This document shows, piece by piece, positions 10,715 to 23,784 of a stretch of DNA of 64,000 nt. Positions within the stretch are counted from its first letter, which is position 1; the number at the start of each line of letters is the position of its first letter. The notes under the pieces were generated by a model. That model made no database searches, was not told the DNA's origin, and was given only the letters and a program-made list of their open reading frames with translations. Origin of the DNA: Octopus sinensis (Eukaryota); the NCBI RefSeq assembly GCF_006345805.1, contig NC_043026.1:10788001-10852000 (forward strand), written 5' to 3'. The translations under genes were made by a program, and so were the position numbers.

Positions 10715-11570
10715 CACGAGGGCATGCTGAAAAGTTCCTGGCTTTGGGTAAAAGAAAATACAGAAAGGATCAGTTCAGTTATGGTTTTATTCAACATATT
10801 CAGGAGTGGCTGTGTGGTAAGTAGCTTGCTTACCAACCACATGGTTACGGGTTCAGTCCCACTGCGTGGCATCTTGGGCAAGTGTCTTCTGCTATAGCCC
10901 CAGGCCGACAATTGCCTTGTGAGTGGATTTGGTAGACGGAAACTGAAAGAAGCCTGTCATATATATGTATATATATATGTGTGTGTGTGTCTGTGTTTGT
11001 CCCCCTAGCATTGCTTGACAACCGATGCTGGCGTGTTTACGTCCCTGTCACTTAGCGGTTCAGCAAAAGAGACGGATAGAATAAGTGCCGGGGTTGATTT
11101 GCTCGACTAAAGGCGGTGCTCCAGCATGGCCACAGTCAAATGACTGAAACAAGTAAAGAGAGTAAGAGTATTCCCCTCTCAGATGCACACACTTATTGCT
11201 GTGATTCTTCAGTTTTTCGGCATTCCTTCGATATAACTCGACAAAATCAAAACATTTCACTTTGGGTATCTCCGTGGGTTGTGGAGTATAGATATAACGG
11301 AATTATGCCAGCAATTTCTCATTTTAAACTTGAAGAAAAAAAAGCCTTGCATATTTGTTCTTACCTGTGTCATGTGTGTATGTAAAATCCCCAAATTTCC
11401 AAGCAGAAAACAGAATCGAACTGTCATTTGCTTCCACGGAAATACCCGAAGTTCATGTTTTGATTTTGTTCAGTTTTTCTAAGCCCTGTTAAAGAACTTG
11501 GAAGGTTGGGCCTCCAACCAGGATTATCAAGAGACCCTTAAAGCAAGGAAATTTTCATCACTCCTTTGTA
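10715..11570. mobile_element. Mariner relic interrupted by a full family-1 SINE
   Basis: TIRs cacgagggcatgctgaaaagttcctggcttt ... aaagcaaggaaattttcatcactcctttgta. Confidence 0.7.
10803..11169 (+). mobile_element. SINE family 1, full length
   Basis: ggagtggctgtgtggtaag...ggttcagtcccac head, internal (ta)(tg) tract, (aagagta)n tail. Confidence 0.9.
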
Positions 11571-11763
11571 ATATGTGTCTGAATGTGTTTCTCTGTGGAC
11601 AGCTGTAATGCAGCATGTGAACAACTGTCTTCAACTTACCAATACCCTCCCTCCTTAAAGCTATGCATTCCTCACACTTTCCTCCCTTTCCCTTCCTCAG
11701 TAGTCTAAAAGTTACACGTGTACATGTATTGCTGTGTATCTATAATGGTATCTATGTATTCAG

Positions 11764-11994
11764 GGTGGCGAGCTGGCAGAAACGTTAGCACGCCGAGCGA
11801 AATGCTTAGCAGTATTTCGTCTGCCGTTACGTTCTGAGTTCAAATTCCGCCGAGGTCGACTTTGCCTTTCATCCTTTCAGGGTCGATAAATTAAGTACCA
11901 GTTACGCACTGGGGTCGATGTAATCGACTTAATACCTATGTCTGTCCTTGTTTGTCCCCTCTATGTTTAGCCCCTTGTGGGTAATAAAGAAATA
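11764..11994 (+). mobile_element. SINE family 2, full length with 16-bp TSD
   Basis: TSD ggtatctatgtattca at 11747-11762 and 11995-12010; B-box-like gagttcaaattcc. Confidence 0.92.
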
Positions 11995-12216
11995 GGTATC
12001 TATGTATTCATATTCATGATGTATGCAGCATCCATCAGAATATAAAGTCATCTTTCACCAAGCCACACCCACCTCTTGGAAATTTCCAAATTTAGATTCT
12101 TTCAATTAATTTCTACCTTGCCCCTCTCATTCAAGTTCAGTGCAACTCAGCCCTCACCTCACACCTTCCTTATAGCACAGCCAAAATAGGTGAACAATTG
12201 CTAAGGATTTTATAAG

Positions 12217-12734
12217 TTACTAGCAGTATCGCCTGGCGTTGCTCGGGTTTGTAAGAGAAATAACTATATAAGCATTTTTAGAGAGTTACTTCCCTTATAG
12301 ATGCCAATTCGGGCTTTCTTAGCCATTTCTGTTTTGGTGTCTTCAAGCCATGAAGTCGTTGTTCTAAAAGAACGCTGGTCTCCTTGACAATGCATTACGA
12401 CGTTGATTTCTTTACACTCCCTTCCCCACAGCTTCACGAGGGAGGGAAGAAGGGGGAGAAGCAAACAGGTGCAGGTGTGACCATGGACGCCAACTCCGCC
12501 GCCATCGACATACGATGCATTTTATGCATTAAAATGGAAAAAAAAATGATGTTAAATTATTTTAAAATCGTAGACTCATCGTAGACGCGCGCTAATACTC
12601 AGACGGGCTCGATATGAATCACGACTATAAGATACCCGAATTTGGTTAAACTGCACCGCAAAATGTGGGAGTAGTTAGGAATCTAAATCGAAGGGGACAG
12701 ACACTCACACAACTACAGTTTTATATATATAGAT
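12217..12734 (+). mobile_element. Non-autonomous Helentron/DINE-1-like element
   Basis: Starts actagcagtatcgcctggcgttgctcggg and ends acagacactcacac...ttttatatatatagat, typical of HINE/DINE-1 termini. Confidence 0.55.
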
Positions 12735-12950
12735 TAACTGAAACACCCAGTGTTGCTTGAGTTGAAGGCTCAGGGAATAAATGGCAACATTGCAAAGCAA
12801 TTTATTTAACTTAAAGTAAATCTTCTGAGAAAAGATACTCAACAGAGTTTAAGGCAACTTGAAAAAAGTTTTTGACTAGGAATATTTTTTCAGATTTCAT
12901 TGTTTTAAACAATTTCTGTGATTCTACAAAACATTGTACACAAATGCGCA

Positions 12951-13328
12951 GGAGTGGCTGTGTGGTAAGTAGCTTGTCTACCAACTACATGGTTCCGGGT
13001 TCAGTCCCACTGCGTGGCACCTTGAGCAAGTGTCTTCTACTATAGCCTTGGGCCGACCAAAGCCTTGTGAGTGGATTTGGTAGACGGAAACTGAAAGAAG
13101 CCCGTCGTATATATGTATGTGTGTGTGTTTGTCCCCTAGCATTGCTTGACAACCGATGCTGGTGTGTTTATGTCCCCGTTACTTAGCGGTTCGGCAAAAG
13201 AGACCAATAGAATAAGTACTGAGCTTACAAAAAGAATAAGTCCCAGGGTCGAGTTGCTCGATTAAAAGGCGGTGCTCCAGCATGGCCGCGGTCAGATGAC
13301 TCAAACAAGTAAAAAGAGTAAAGAGTAA
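12951..13328 (+). mobile_element. SINE family 1, full length
   Basis: Head, body and tail as in 10803-11169. Confidence 0.9.
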
Positions 13329-14190
13329 ATCTAAATATTTTCAGCACCCCAATTTTTATTTAAGCAATTTTAGCCATAACCCAAAGCCCTCATTCTAAGT
13401 GCTTCCACCAAACATTAACTTTAACAATTTAGCATTTAAACTGGCCATATCCAGTTAAAATAATCTACCTGTATCATCTTCAAACTGACTAGTTCCAACC
13501 TCTCATACCTACCCTACAATATTATTCTAAAAATAAACAATCACATCATCGAAATCTTGGAACTATGAGATAATACGTGATTAATTTAAAACAACATGAA
13601 TAAATAAGCACTGCACTTGACAAAGAACTCTGAATGTTAAAGGATTAAATCCTAAATGTAAGGCCCTATTTCAAAGTTCTAACCTTCAGCTTTTCTTAAA
13701 CCCTAATACCAACCCTAATCCTACTTCTATATCCTAATACCAATCCCAGGTCCAAAGATTATATTTTATGTAGATTAGCATTCTGGTATGTTTAAAACAT
13801 ACTTTCAAAAATAAAACTGAAACTGAAAAAGTGTCATTGGGTACATATTTTGAAATGAATGGAACAAAGATGATAAAGACTTGCAATTTGGAAGTATAAA
13901 ATATAAAAGAATATGAAAAAAAATTTGAGGAAAAAATATAGAAGTTATGTGAGACATTTATTTGATACTTTGTAAAGTAATATTAAAGCAGCAGACATGC
14001 CTGCATTGTACTATTAGACCAACATGGAACACCTGGGTTCTTGCAAAGAATAATTGAGGATCTTTTTTCCATATAAGTCTTTGATGTGGCAAATGGTTTG
14101 CAAGGCTTCAAGAGACACGTGTGTCCATAGAACATAATTACCACTTTATTTTATAAACCCTCATTAGTCGTTCATGACTAGAGAAACCAT

Positions 14191-14228
<38 letters not shown>

Positions 14229-14229
<1 letters not shown>

Positions 14230-14555
14230 CATCATCATCATCGTTTAACGTCTGTTTTCCACGCTAGCACGGGTTGGACGGTTCGACCGGGGTCTGGGAA
14301 GCCAGGAGGCTGCACCAGGCTCCAGTCTGATCTGGCAGTATTTCTACAGCTGGATGCCCTCCCTAACGCCAACCACTCCGTGAGTGTAGTAGGTGCTTTT
14401 TACGTGCCAGGGGAGTCTGGCAGTGGCTACGATCGGTTGGTGCTTTTAACGTGCCACCGGCACGGAAGCCAGTCAAGGCGGCGCTGGCATCGGCCACGTT
14501 CGGATGGTGCTTTTTACATGCCACCGGCACAGAAGCCAGTCAAGGCGGCGCTGGC
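14229..14555 (-). mobile_element. RTE 3' UTR copy
   Basis: catcatcatcgtttaacgtc... start, with gtgctttttacgtgccaccggcac repeats. Confidence 0.85.
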
Positions 14556-14859
14556 ATATATATATATATTGTTTTGCCAACCTGTATAACACTATTTTGC
14601 CATACTATATACATATTTATATTGCATTTGTAGGTTTCCCATTTTTTGGCATGACTTCACCTCTTAATTGCTATTTCTTCCTCTTATTTACTGCAAATCT
14701 AGTACTTCCTAATAAACAATGTTACCTATTTTACTAGAAGGAGCATAAACAAATAGATGGTGTGGCCTTCCAACTTTTGTACATGCAACATACAGTTGCC
14801 CATGTGAGACAATGTTCTTCAAATTGAAGCTCAGTAACAACTAAAGTTTGTCCTTGTGA

Positions 14860-15375
14860 GGAGTGGCTGTGTGGTAAGTAGCTTGCTAACCAGCCACATG
14901 GTTCCGAGTTCAGTCCCACTGTGTGGTACCTTGGGCAAGTGTCTTCTGCTATAGCCCTGGGCCGACCAATGCCTTGTGAGTGGATTTGGTAGACGGAAAC
15001 TGAAAGAAGCCCGTTGTATATATGTATGTGTGTTTGTGTGTCTGTGTATGTCTCCCCAGCATTGCTTGACAGCCGATGCTGGTGTGTTTACGTCCCCGTC
15101 ACTTAGCAGTTCGGCAAAAGAGACCGATAGAATAAGTACTGGGCTTACAAAGAATAAGTCCCGGGGTCGATTTCCTCGACTAAAGGCGGTGCTCCAGCAT
15201 GGCTGCAGTCAAATGACTGAAACAAGTAAAAGAGTAAAAGAGAAAAGGGACCGATAGAATAAGTACTGGGCTTACAAAGAATAAGTCCCGGGGTCGATTT
15301 CCTCGACTAAAGGCGGTGCTCCAGCATGGCCGCAGTCAAATGACTGAAACAAGTAAAAGAGTAAAAGAGAGAGTA
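14860..15375 (+). mobile_element. SINE family 1 with its 3' ~122 bp duplicated in tandem
   Basis: 15122-15243 is nearly identical to 15249-15370. Confidence 0.9.
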
Positions 15376-16262
15376 TGACAAAATTGAATTTTCTGGAAGC
15401 TACAGCCTTTTGAATATGAAAGGTATTTTTGTGTCAGACAGTATCAAGAGTATTCTGGGTATAAAAACATCTTCCCCCATAGAAGAGCCAATTACAATAG
15501 TGGCTTGGATAATATGAAACATTAATTTTTTTTTTACCACCAGTCTCATGCCATTACACAACCAAGGCTGGTCACGGTTCTGTAGTAACATTAGATAGAT
15601 CCTACTTTTAAAAGAAGTTGGTGTGGTGAGAGCCAACGAGGTGCCAAAGAATTTAAGAATTCAACGATAGGATAAAAGAATTATTTCCCCTTGAAATTTT
15701 GAAAATTTTTTTTTTAGCCTTTTCTAAACAAAACATTCTTTTCTTACTACTTATAAATTAAGGTCTGCCGTTTTCTTTTTTAATTACAGAGAATGTTAAC
15801 ACATAATCAATATGTTTCTCCTGTACATTGTTTTCTTGAGCAAAACACTTCATCTTATGCTGCTCTGTGATAATTTCAACATCTGAGACGTGGCACCCCA
15901 TGCATGGATTTGATGGAAGGTGTGAGCTAATGTACAGCACAAACATTTGATCACAATAAACAGATCGTCTCCATGGGTTTTTCAGCAAGAAACTGCAGAA
16001 CTGTCTTTCTTGGCCTCGTTTATTAATATATCAACTGCAAGTTTCTCATTGAGAAATAAGGGTTTCCCAGATATTTTAGTGAAAGACTGGAACTTGGTGT
16101 AGCTCTGGCCAAACCATCCAACTCATGCTAACAAGGGACAATGGATGTTAAATGATAATGATGACTCTCTTAAATGAGAGCAGATTTAAAGACAACAGAT
16201 GAGAAATCAAATAGAATGATTTCCAACTTATTTAACCATAACAAATGTTCTTCAATGTCTAC

Positions 16263-16712
16263 ATAATAATAATAATGAAATTATTGTATACAGTGCTCAG
16301 GTGCACCACAACTTGTCAGAAAGTGCATATAGAGTATATGCAGTAATGTACAAATGTCTGGAAAGCGAACAATGTATGAGTCAGATACATGCTTGTGTGT
16401 GTATGGAGGGGAGAAAATCAGGTGTAGTGTTGGTGAATCTCAGGAAGCATAGAAGTTCTGAAGGATGCAGTGATCCGACAACTAACAACTGATGCCGGCA
16501 GTTTGTTCCATGCTTCAGTAACTCTTAGCGTGAAAAAATGTTTCCTGAAGTCATGGGAGCTGTGCTGTTGTCTGACTTTGTAAATATGTCCACGGGTGTT
16601 AGACGGGTGGAGTTTGAAAAGGTGCTGTTATTGTTTGTAAAATGGTTGATAATTTTATGGGTGTCTGCCAAGTCAGCGGCCCGACAGAGTTACATGTTAG
16701 TGGACGATAAAT
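16263..16712 (-). mobile_element. CR1/L2-type LINE 3' end just downstream of Z2
   Basis: Minus strand encodes NTRGHIYKVRQQHSSHDFRKHFFTLRVTEAWNKLPASVVSC. Confidence 0.85.
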
Positions 16713-16736
16713 TTAGATTAGCCAGAGAAACATTTT

Positions 16737-17822
16737 TCAAGTCTCATCTTTAACAGATTTCCCTCCAGAGTGAATTTGTTTGTGTCTTTTTAAAAGACTC
16801 TCAGTTATAAATGATTTCTCACAGATTTCACAATGAAAGATATTTTCCCCAGTGTGAATTCTTCTGTGTTTCGTTAAATAACGATTACACACAAAATACT
16901 TATCACATATTTCACATTTGAATGGCTTTTGTCCTGTGTGTCTCTTTCTATGTCTGTTTAGATCACTTTTAGACACAAAAGCCTTCCCACAGATTTCACA
17001 CTGATAAGGTTTTTCTCCCGAGTGGATTCGTTCGTGAACCACAAGATGGGAATTCTGAGTGAAAGATTTCCCACAAATTTCACAGTGAAATGGGTTTTCA
17101 CCCGTATGAATCCGTTCATGCTCTGTTAAATTACTCTTCTTACCAAAAGACTTCTCGCATATATCACAGTGATACGGCTTTTCTCCAGTGTGACTACGTT
17201 TATGAATTATCAACTGTGAATTATCAATATATGTCTTCCCACAGACTTCACACTGATGCAGTTTATCTCCTCCATGTATCTGTTTATGTCTTTTCAAGTG
17301 GCTGTTAGTTATAAACGATTTGCCACATATATCACAGTAAAATGGTTTCTCTCCTGTATGGATTTGCACATGGACTGCAAGATGGGAATTATTACTGAAG
17401 GATTTCCCACAGATTTCACAACGGAATGGTTTTTCCCCAGTGTGGATTCGTTTGTGAACGACAAGATTAGAATTATCAGTGAAAGATTTCCCACAGATTT
17501 CACAGTGAAACGGTTTTTCTCCAGTGTGACTACGTATGTGGATAACAAGATGAGAATTTTGACTGAAAGATTTCTCACACATTCCACACTGAAACTGTTT
17601 TTCTCCAGAATGCATTTCTTTGTGTGTTAAAACTTCTTGTTCTGAAGAGAAAGTTTCCTTACAAATTTCACAACTATGTTCAGGAATATTTCTGTACAAC
17701 GGCTCTTGTTTGATAAATGTTTCACTAGGTACATCTTCCTCATCTCTGTCTGTCTCTCTAACTGTATCTATATTGTTAAAAATAGTTGTATTAGAAGTAT
17801 CCAAGTGATTAACATTCTCCAT
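16737..17822 (-). CDS. Z2: C2H2 zinc-finger protein, 361 aa from MENV, 11 fingers
   Basis: Intact finger array ending HKQIHSGGKSVKDET. An in-frame ATG also lies 9 nt upstream (17831). Confidence 0.93.
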   Translation of the reverse strand: MENVNHLDTSNTTIFNNIDTVRETDRDEEDVPSETFIKQEPLYRNIPEHSCEICKETFSSEQEVLTHKEMHSGEKQFQCGMCEKSFSQNSHLVIHIRSHTGEKPFHCEICGKSFTDNSNLVVHKRIHTGEKPFRCEICGKSFSNNSHLAVHVQIHTGEKPFYCDICGKSFITNSHLKRHKQIHGGDKLHQCEVCGKTYIDNSQLIIHKRSHTGEKPYHCDICEKSFGKKSNLTEHERIHTGENPFHCEICGKSFTQNSHLVVHERIHSGEKPYQCEICGKAFVSKSDLNRHRKRHTGQKPFKCEICDKYFVCNRYLTKHRRIHTGENIFHCEICEKSFITESLLKRHKQIHSGGKSVKDET

Positions 17823-18404
17823 ATCAATCATTGGGGAAGCTGAGAAATATCTGTAAGTTAATCCGATACGGTTCAGTTTCTTGTCTTAGCTATCACAGAC
17901 GTCTATTTACAAGTGTGGAACACATGTACCATATGTAAATTTTCAACTCACTGTTAGAATGTTTGTTGCTGACCTGGTTCTCTCAAACAGACACACATTT
18001 TGTTGTAGACAGAAGGTCTTCTGTTTGTACATTAAGAAATATGGATATGGTTAATGGATGTCATGTTACTTGAAAATTTATAACAATGTTCAGGGTTGGT
18101 GGCTCATATTCTAGTAAAATTGGTGTTCACTGACCACAAGTTGATATGGGGCATTCGGCTACCACAAACTGTAAAATAAGATGTAACTATGTAAGATGAT
18201 GTACAAAGTGTGCATATGTATATGTGTATGTGTGTATAATTTTGATGTCAACTAAAATGTGGTACAAGCAATAAATGATTTAACCCTTTAGCATTCAGAT
18301 TATTCTGTCAAATGTAAAGCTTATTTATTCACACTGTTTTGAAGTAATCATGTATTATCTAATAGCTCCAAGATTCCAATGATGTGATTGTTTATTTTTA
18401 CAAC

Positions 18405-19002
18405 CAAGATCAAAAAGTTAACAGAAGAAATGACAGATATATGCAGACCCTTCTAAAATTTCCTGCAATTGTCATGGTTTTAGGGGTTGTCAGCAATGAA
18501 GGACATGTGATGCCTCCTGACCTCTTTCCACAAGGCCTTAGGGTTAACTCTGCTGCCTACATTGAGGTCCTGGAAATAATTAAGCCCTGGATAGACAGTG
18601 TATGTAGTGGAAGGCCATATGTGCTTCAGTAAGACTGCACTATCACACATGGCTCTAGTAAGGCAGGAATGGATGGCTGAAAATTTTCATGACCACATAA
18701 CCCTAAACATCTGGCCTCCTAATTCCCCAGATCTCAATATGGAGTCAATGAACACACTCATAACACCAAAGATTCTTTGAAAGCTGCCATAGTCAGAGTA
18801 ATGTCCACAATGAACCAGGACCACTTGATTCGAGCATGTAGATGATTTAGATCTCATATAGAAGCAGTTGTTGAAGCTGAAGGTGGGTTGAATAACCTTA
18901 TAGAAAAGAAGGTTTATTTTTATCCTCATAGCATTTTTTGATAAATAAAGTTATCTGTTTTTTATAAATATAAATCTGTTCTCAAATATCTTACGCACCC
19001 TG
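18405..19002 (+). mobile_element. Tc1/mariner superfamily (maT/DD37D-like) transposase 3' half, decayed
   Basis: DQKVNRRNDRY...VMVLGVVSNEGHVMPP...GRPYVLQ...WPPNSPDLN, ending cgcaccctg followed by TA. Confidence 0.75.
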
Positions 19003-20379
19003 TGTATATATATATATATATAAGCATGCCTATACGTGTGTGCCCCCATCCTGAATTGGTTTCCACATAACTTCCAGAAAAATCGATATTTTTTCTTGAA
19101 ATTTTCTAAAAATACTTTTCAGGTGTACACTTCAATTATTTCGGAATTTGTTTCGAAAAACATTTTCCGGGACTGGGGAGAGGAATTTCAGAAAATTCAC
19201 ACGTGGGCTTTGTTTCCTCATAACTTATGGTCACTTTTCTTAATAAATTTTTTTACTAATACCTTTCAAAGTGAGTAAATCACAATTATATCAGAATCTG
19301 ATGAAAAAAGAAACATATTGAGTACGCACACATACATATTGGAGCACGTTTTTTTTTTTTCGAAATTTCAAGTTTAGTTTTCTAGATATATGTAATGAGT
19401 GTTGGTATGTATGTCTGCGAACCCATCAATTTTTGTTTTATTTCATCACCTTGATAATTAAATATTTCATTTCATCACAGTTTACATCGTTAATTGGATG
19501 CAATCGCTTTTAGTTGACATCGAAAATTCATATAATTCGTGTGTGCATCTGTAACTTTGTGTGCGTGGAGATAAAGTTTTAAGAAAATTAAAAAACACGA
19601 AGAAGCCAACGAAGGTCAAAACAGCAGAAATTCAAATAACCCTTTTCTATTTCTAAACAGACACTGAAATATTACGAAATACAAATTCAAAAGTAATTTG
19701 TTGACCAACTGGTTGAAGGTTGGGACTACCACGAGTAAGGCAGGAGAGGAAATTCTGCAGACAAGTGGCCAATGATGTTCGTCTGCGGACGACGCAAAAG
19801 GTTAACAGAACTTCTTCGTTCCAGAACATCTTATATCGTTAATTAGTGGCAATCCATTTTAATTAATATATTATTTGTGTGCGTATATAAGTAAAAGGAA
19901 ACGAATAAATAACACAAAGAAGCCAATTTTGTTTACAACAAATCGTTACAAGATGTGAACATTAACCCAAAGCAATAAACGCAGTCACCTCGCTCTAATT
20001 ATAAACAGATTGAATATTATGAAATATATACATCGATAATAATTAATTACTTTTCGTTTTCAGTTAAAAATTAACGCAAGAATGTGTTGTCTCCACTGAT
20101 AGTAATCACTTAATCAATAAGTTCGATTAGTGAATAATCTGACTGGTCTGTATTTTTCCCAGTGACTAACCAAGCGTAACATACCGTTAAAGTGTTTGTT
20201 ATGCGTAACGACAGTGTTTTGTTGTCATAATGCAAGTGCAACGAATTAATGTGATAATGCAGATCAATATTTGCTTTATTATTTATATGGACACTTAGTA
20301 TATATCGATTATGTTTTTACAGTGTTACGGCTGAGGTATTCTGTAGCTGCTCACTACAGATGGGAAGAGTTAGAATACA

Positions 20380-20880
20380 AACAACTATTTATATCAAGAA
20401 ATGTCACTGATATCCGATTGACATGCTAGAAATAGTAGTGAAAAGAAGACAATTTCGTTAGTAAAACCCTGCTATATGGAAACGTGACAGTCACGGCTGA
20501 AACGCTTTTGAACATAGACTCTGATCGACTGAGGAGTCCTGGGACTTAACACCCTCTTGGCTTCTACTTTACCCAGAACGTCTAACCAAATAATAAGAGC
20601 TTTCATCCGGTACCCACTTCATATTGAACATCATCAAAGCTGCTTGTCCTGATAGCATTTAACATTGTTTAATGTTTCTAGTTTAAACAACACAACTACC
20701 AAGTGTAAAATCTCGTTAAAGCGTTTGTGTTAGATGTGTTTAAGATACTTACGAGACGATATCATTATGTTTGGGGTGAACTAAAGAGATTCAGATGTAA
20801 CAACGGCATAGAGTAGAAGTTTCTGAAGTAAATCATTCAACAATGTTATTTGAATATATATAGCGAGGGACATACAGAGT
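20380..20880 (-). promoter_or_regulatory. Z2 distal upstream block C with donor-like GTAAGT at 20752
   Basis: Reverse complement aligns with 36110-37000 (Z4) and 26440-26680 (Z3). Confidence 0.5.
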
Positions 20881-21791
20881 TATTATACATACTTTCGTAC
20901 TCTTATCTATTACTAGGTTTGGGTTCTTTTTTTACATTTTTTTTTACTTTTTACCTTAGCTTATTTAAGTCATTAGGCTGCAGCCATGCTGGGGCACTTC
21001 CTCGAAAAGTTCTAGCCAAAAGAATTGACGCCAATCCTTTTTTTTTTTAGCCGACTAAATATTCTGTCTGTTGTTTTTGCCAAACTGCTTAGACACGGTG
21101 ACATAAACAAAGCAGCACCGGTTGTCAAGCGATATGCCCCGCCTCCCCCCACCCTCACCTGACATAAACGTGGTTAGAAAAATACAAGAGAAAGAAGACA
21201 TCAATTGCAAATCCAGTCCCCAATAAACACTTTCAGCTTTATACCTATTATTATTGAAGCAACAGGATACATACCAACCCATCTGGAGCAAAGTATGGTT
21301 GAATTCGGAATCTTAGGGAAAGAAGGCAAATCCTTAACTTATATGCTACAAATGTTCTTGAAATCTGGAACTATAAAAAATTTGCAAGACCTTCAGATTT
21401 AAAGGATGATAGTTAAATCAAGATACTTTCCTTCACAACCTTGCTACCAAATTGGTGGCCGGTCAAAATTCACTCTAAATTAAAAAGAGAAAGAGAAGAA
21501 CACACACACACACGAGAGGGGCTTCTTTCAGTTTCCATCCACCAAATCTGCTCACAAGCTTTTGGTCAGCCTGGGCTGATAGTAGAAAGCACTTGCCTGC
21601 CCCAGGTGCCATGCAGTCGGACTGAACCAGGAACCATGTGGTTGGGAAGCAAATTTCTTACTACAGAACTACAAATAATAAAAAGAAAAGCTTAATATAA
21701 TATGTAACATTATATAACTAATGTAAGTTGTTTTTATGATGAAATGATTCAGTATTTTAATGTTTGTATGTGTGTGTGTACATGCATATAT

Positions 21792-22180
21792 TACTCTCTT
21801 TTACTCTTTTACTTGTTTCAGTCATTTGACTGCGGCCATGCTGGAGCACCGCCTTTAGTCGAGCAAATCGACCCCGGGACTTATTCTTTGTAAGCCCAGT
21901 ACTTATTCTATCCGTCTCATTTGCCGAACCGCTAAGTGACGGGGACGTAAACACACCAGCATCGGTTGTCAAGCAATGCTAGGGGGACAAACACACACAC
22001 ATACACATATATATACATATATACGACAGGCTTCTTTCAGTTTCCGTCTACCAAATCCACTCACAAGGCATTGGTCGGCCCGGGGCTATAGCAGAAGACA
22101 CTTGCCCAAGATGCCACGCAGTGGGACTGAACCCAGAACCATGTGGTTGGTTAGCAAGCTACTTACCACACAGCCACTCC
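21792..22180 (-). mobile_element. SINE family 1, full length
   Basis: Reverse complement of 12951-13328. Confidence 0.9.
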
Positions 22181-22190
22181 TGCGCCTATA

Positions 22191-23731
22191 TCATCATCAT
22201 CATCATCATCATCATCGTTTAACGTCCGTTCTCCATGCTAGCATGGGTTGGACGGTTTGACCGGGGATCTGGGAAGCCAGAAGGCTGCACCAGGCTCCAG
22301 TCTTATCTGGCAATGTTTCTACAGCAGGATGCCCTTCCTAACGCCAACCACTCCGTGAGTGTAGTGGGTGCTTTTTATGTGCCACCCGCACAGGTGCCAG
22401 GCGAGGCTGGCAACGGCCACAGTCGGATTGGTGCATTTTACGTGCCACCGGCACGGGAGCCAGACGAGGCGGCGCTGGCATCGGCCACGATTTGGATAGT
22501 GCTTTTTACGTACCACCAGTCCAGGGGTCCTGGCATCTGCCGGGTGCCAGTCATAGGATTGGTTCAATTTCGATTCCGATTTCGATTTCACTTGCACCAA
22601 CATGTCTTCGTAAGCAAAGGGGGTTGGCATGGGTGCCTGTCGTCGGATGAGGTTCGATATCGACTTCGCTTGCCTCAACAGGTCTTTGTGTCCAAGGGAG
22701 GAAAGGCATGCATAAGTGGGCTGGGCTCACTTGTCCTGCCTGGTCTTCTCACGTACAGCATATTTCCAAAGGTCTCGGTCGCTGGTCATTTCCTCAGTGA
22801 GGCCTAAAGTTCGAAGGTCATGCTTCACCACCTCGTCCCAGGTTTTCCTGGGTCTACCTCTTCCACGGGTTCCCTCAACTGCTAGGGATTGGCACTTTTT
22901 CACACACCTATCTTCATCCATTCTCGCCACATGACCATACCAGCGCAATCGTCTTTCTTGCACACCACAACTGATGCTTCTTAGGTACAACATTTCTCTC
23001 AAGGTACTAACGCTCTGTCAAGTATGTACACTGACATTACACATCCATCGGAGCATACTGGCTTCATTCCTCGCGAGCTTACGCATGTCCTCAGCAGTCA
23101 TGGCCCATGTTTCACTGCCATGTAGCATGGCTGTTCGTACACATGCATCATACAGTCTGCCTTTTACTCTGAGCGAGAGGCCTTTAGTCACCAGCAGAGG
23201 TAAGAGCTCCCTAAACTTTGCCCAGGCTATTCTTATTCTAGCAGTTACACTTTCAACGCACCCACCCCCACTACTGACTTGGTCACCTAGATGACGGAAG
23301 CTATCAACTACTTCTTTTTTCCCCCTGGAAAGTGACAGAAGTTGTTTTCTGCAGATTTTCGGAGGTTAATGCTCCCGAGCATCTGCCACATACAAAAACT
23401 ATTTTCCCAGTTAGCCTACCTTTGACATTGCTGCACCTCTTATGTGTCCATAGCTTACACTGGGTACATCTTATAGAGTTTCTACCCACACCTTTTCTAC
23501 AGATCGAGCAGGGCCATCTTCCTGAAGACATTTGTGGATTGTCTACCTTCCTACTTATTAGTACTTTGGTTTTAGCTAGGTTGACTCTAAGGCCCCTCGA
23601 TTCTAAACCCTCCTTCCACACCTGAAACTTCTCCTCCAGTTGTGATAGTGACTCAGCAATTAGAGCAAGGTCGTCAGCATAGAGGAGCTCCAGGGGCAAC
23701 CTGTCTTGAATTCCTCCGTAATTGCCTGAAG

Positions 23732-23737
<6 letters not shown>
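22191..23737 (-). mobile_element. RTE-clade LINE, 5'-truncated: RT (YADD), Cys-rich insert, C-terminus and 3' UTR
   Basis: PLELLYADDLALIAES, WPCSICRKGVGRNSIRCTQCKLWTHKRC and RRLRWYGHVARM...RGRGRPRKTWDEVV, plus a (gat)n tail. Confidence 0.93.
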
Positions 23738-23776
<39 letters not shown>

Positions 23777-23784
23777 GAAGGTTG

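Noticed and set aside
13695-13750. Interstitial telomere-like ccctaa repeats
   Set aside because: Only a few degenerate units; similar runs occur inside a MITE at about 25230-25250.
22235-22807. 190-aa plus-strand ORF
   Set aside because: Antisense of the RTE 3' UTR and ORF2 end.
23736-23772. (TA)n, (CA)n and (TATG)n tracts throughout (e.g. 27721-27760, 37003-37053) and their YIYI/HTHT ORFs
   Set aside because: Ordinary microsatellites, many internal to SINE family 1.
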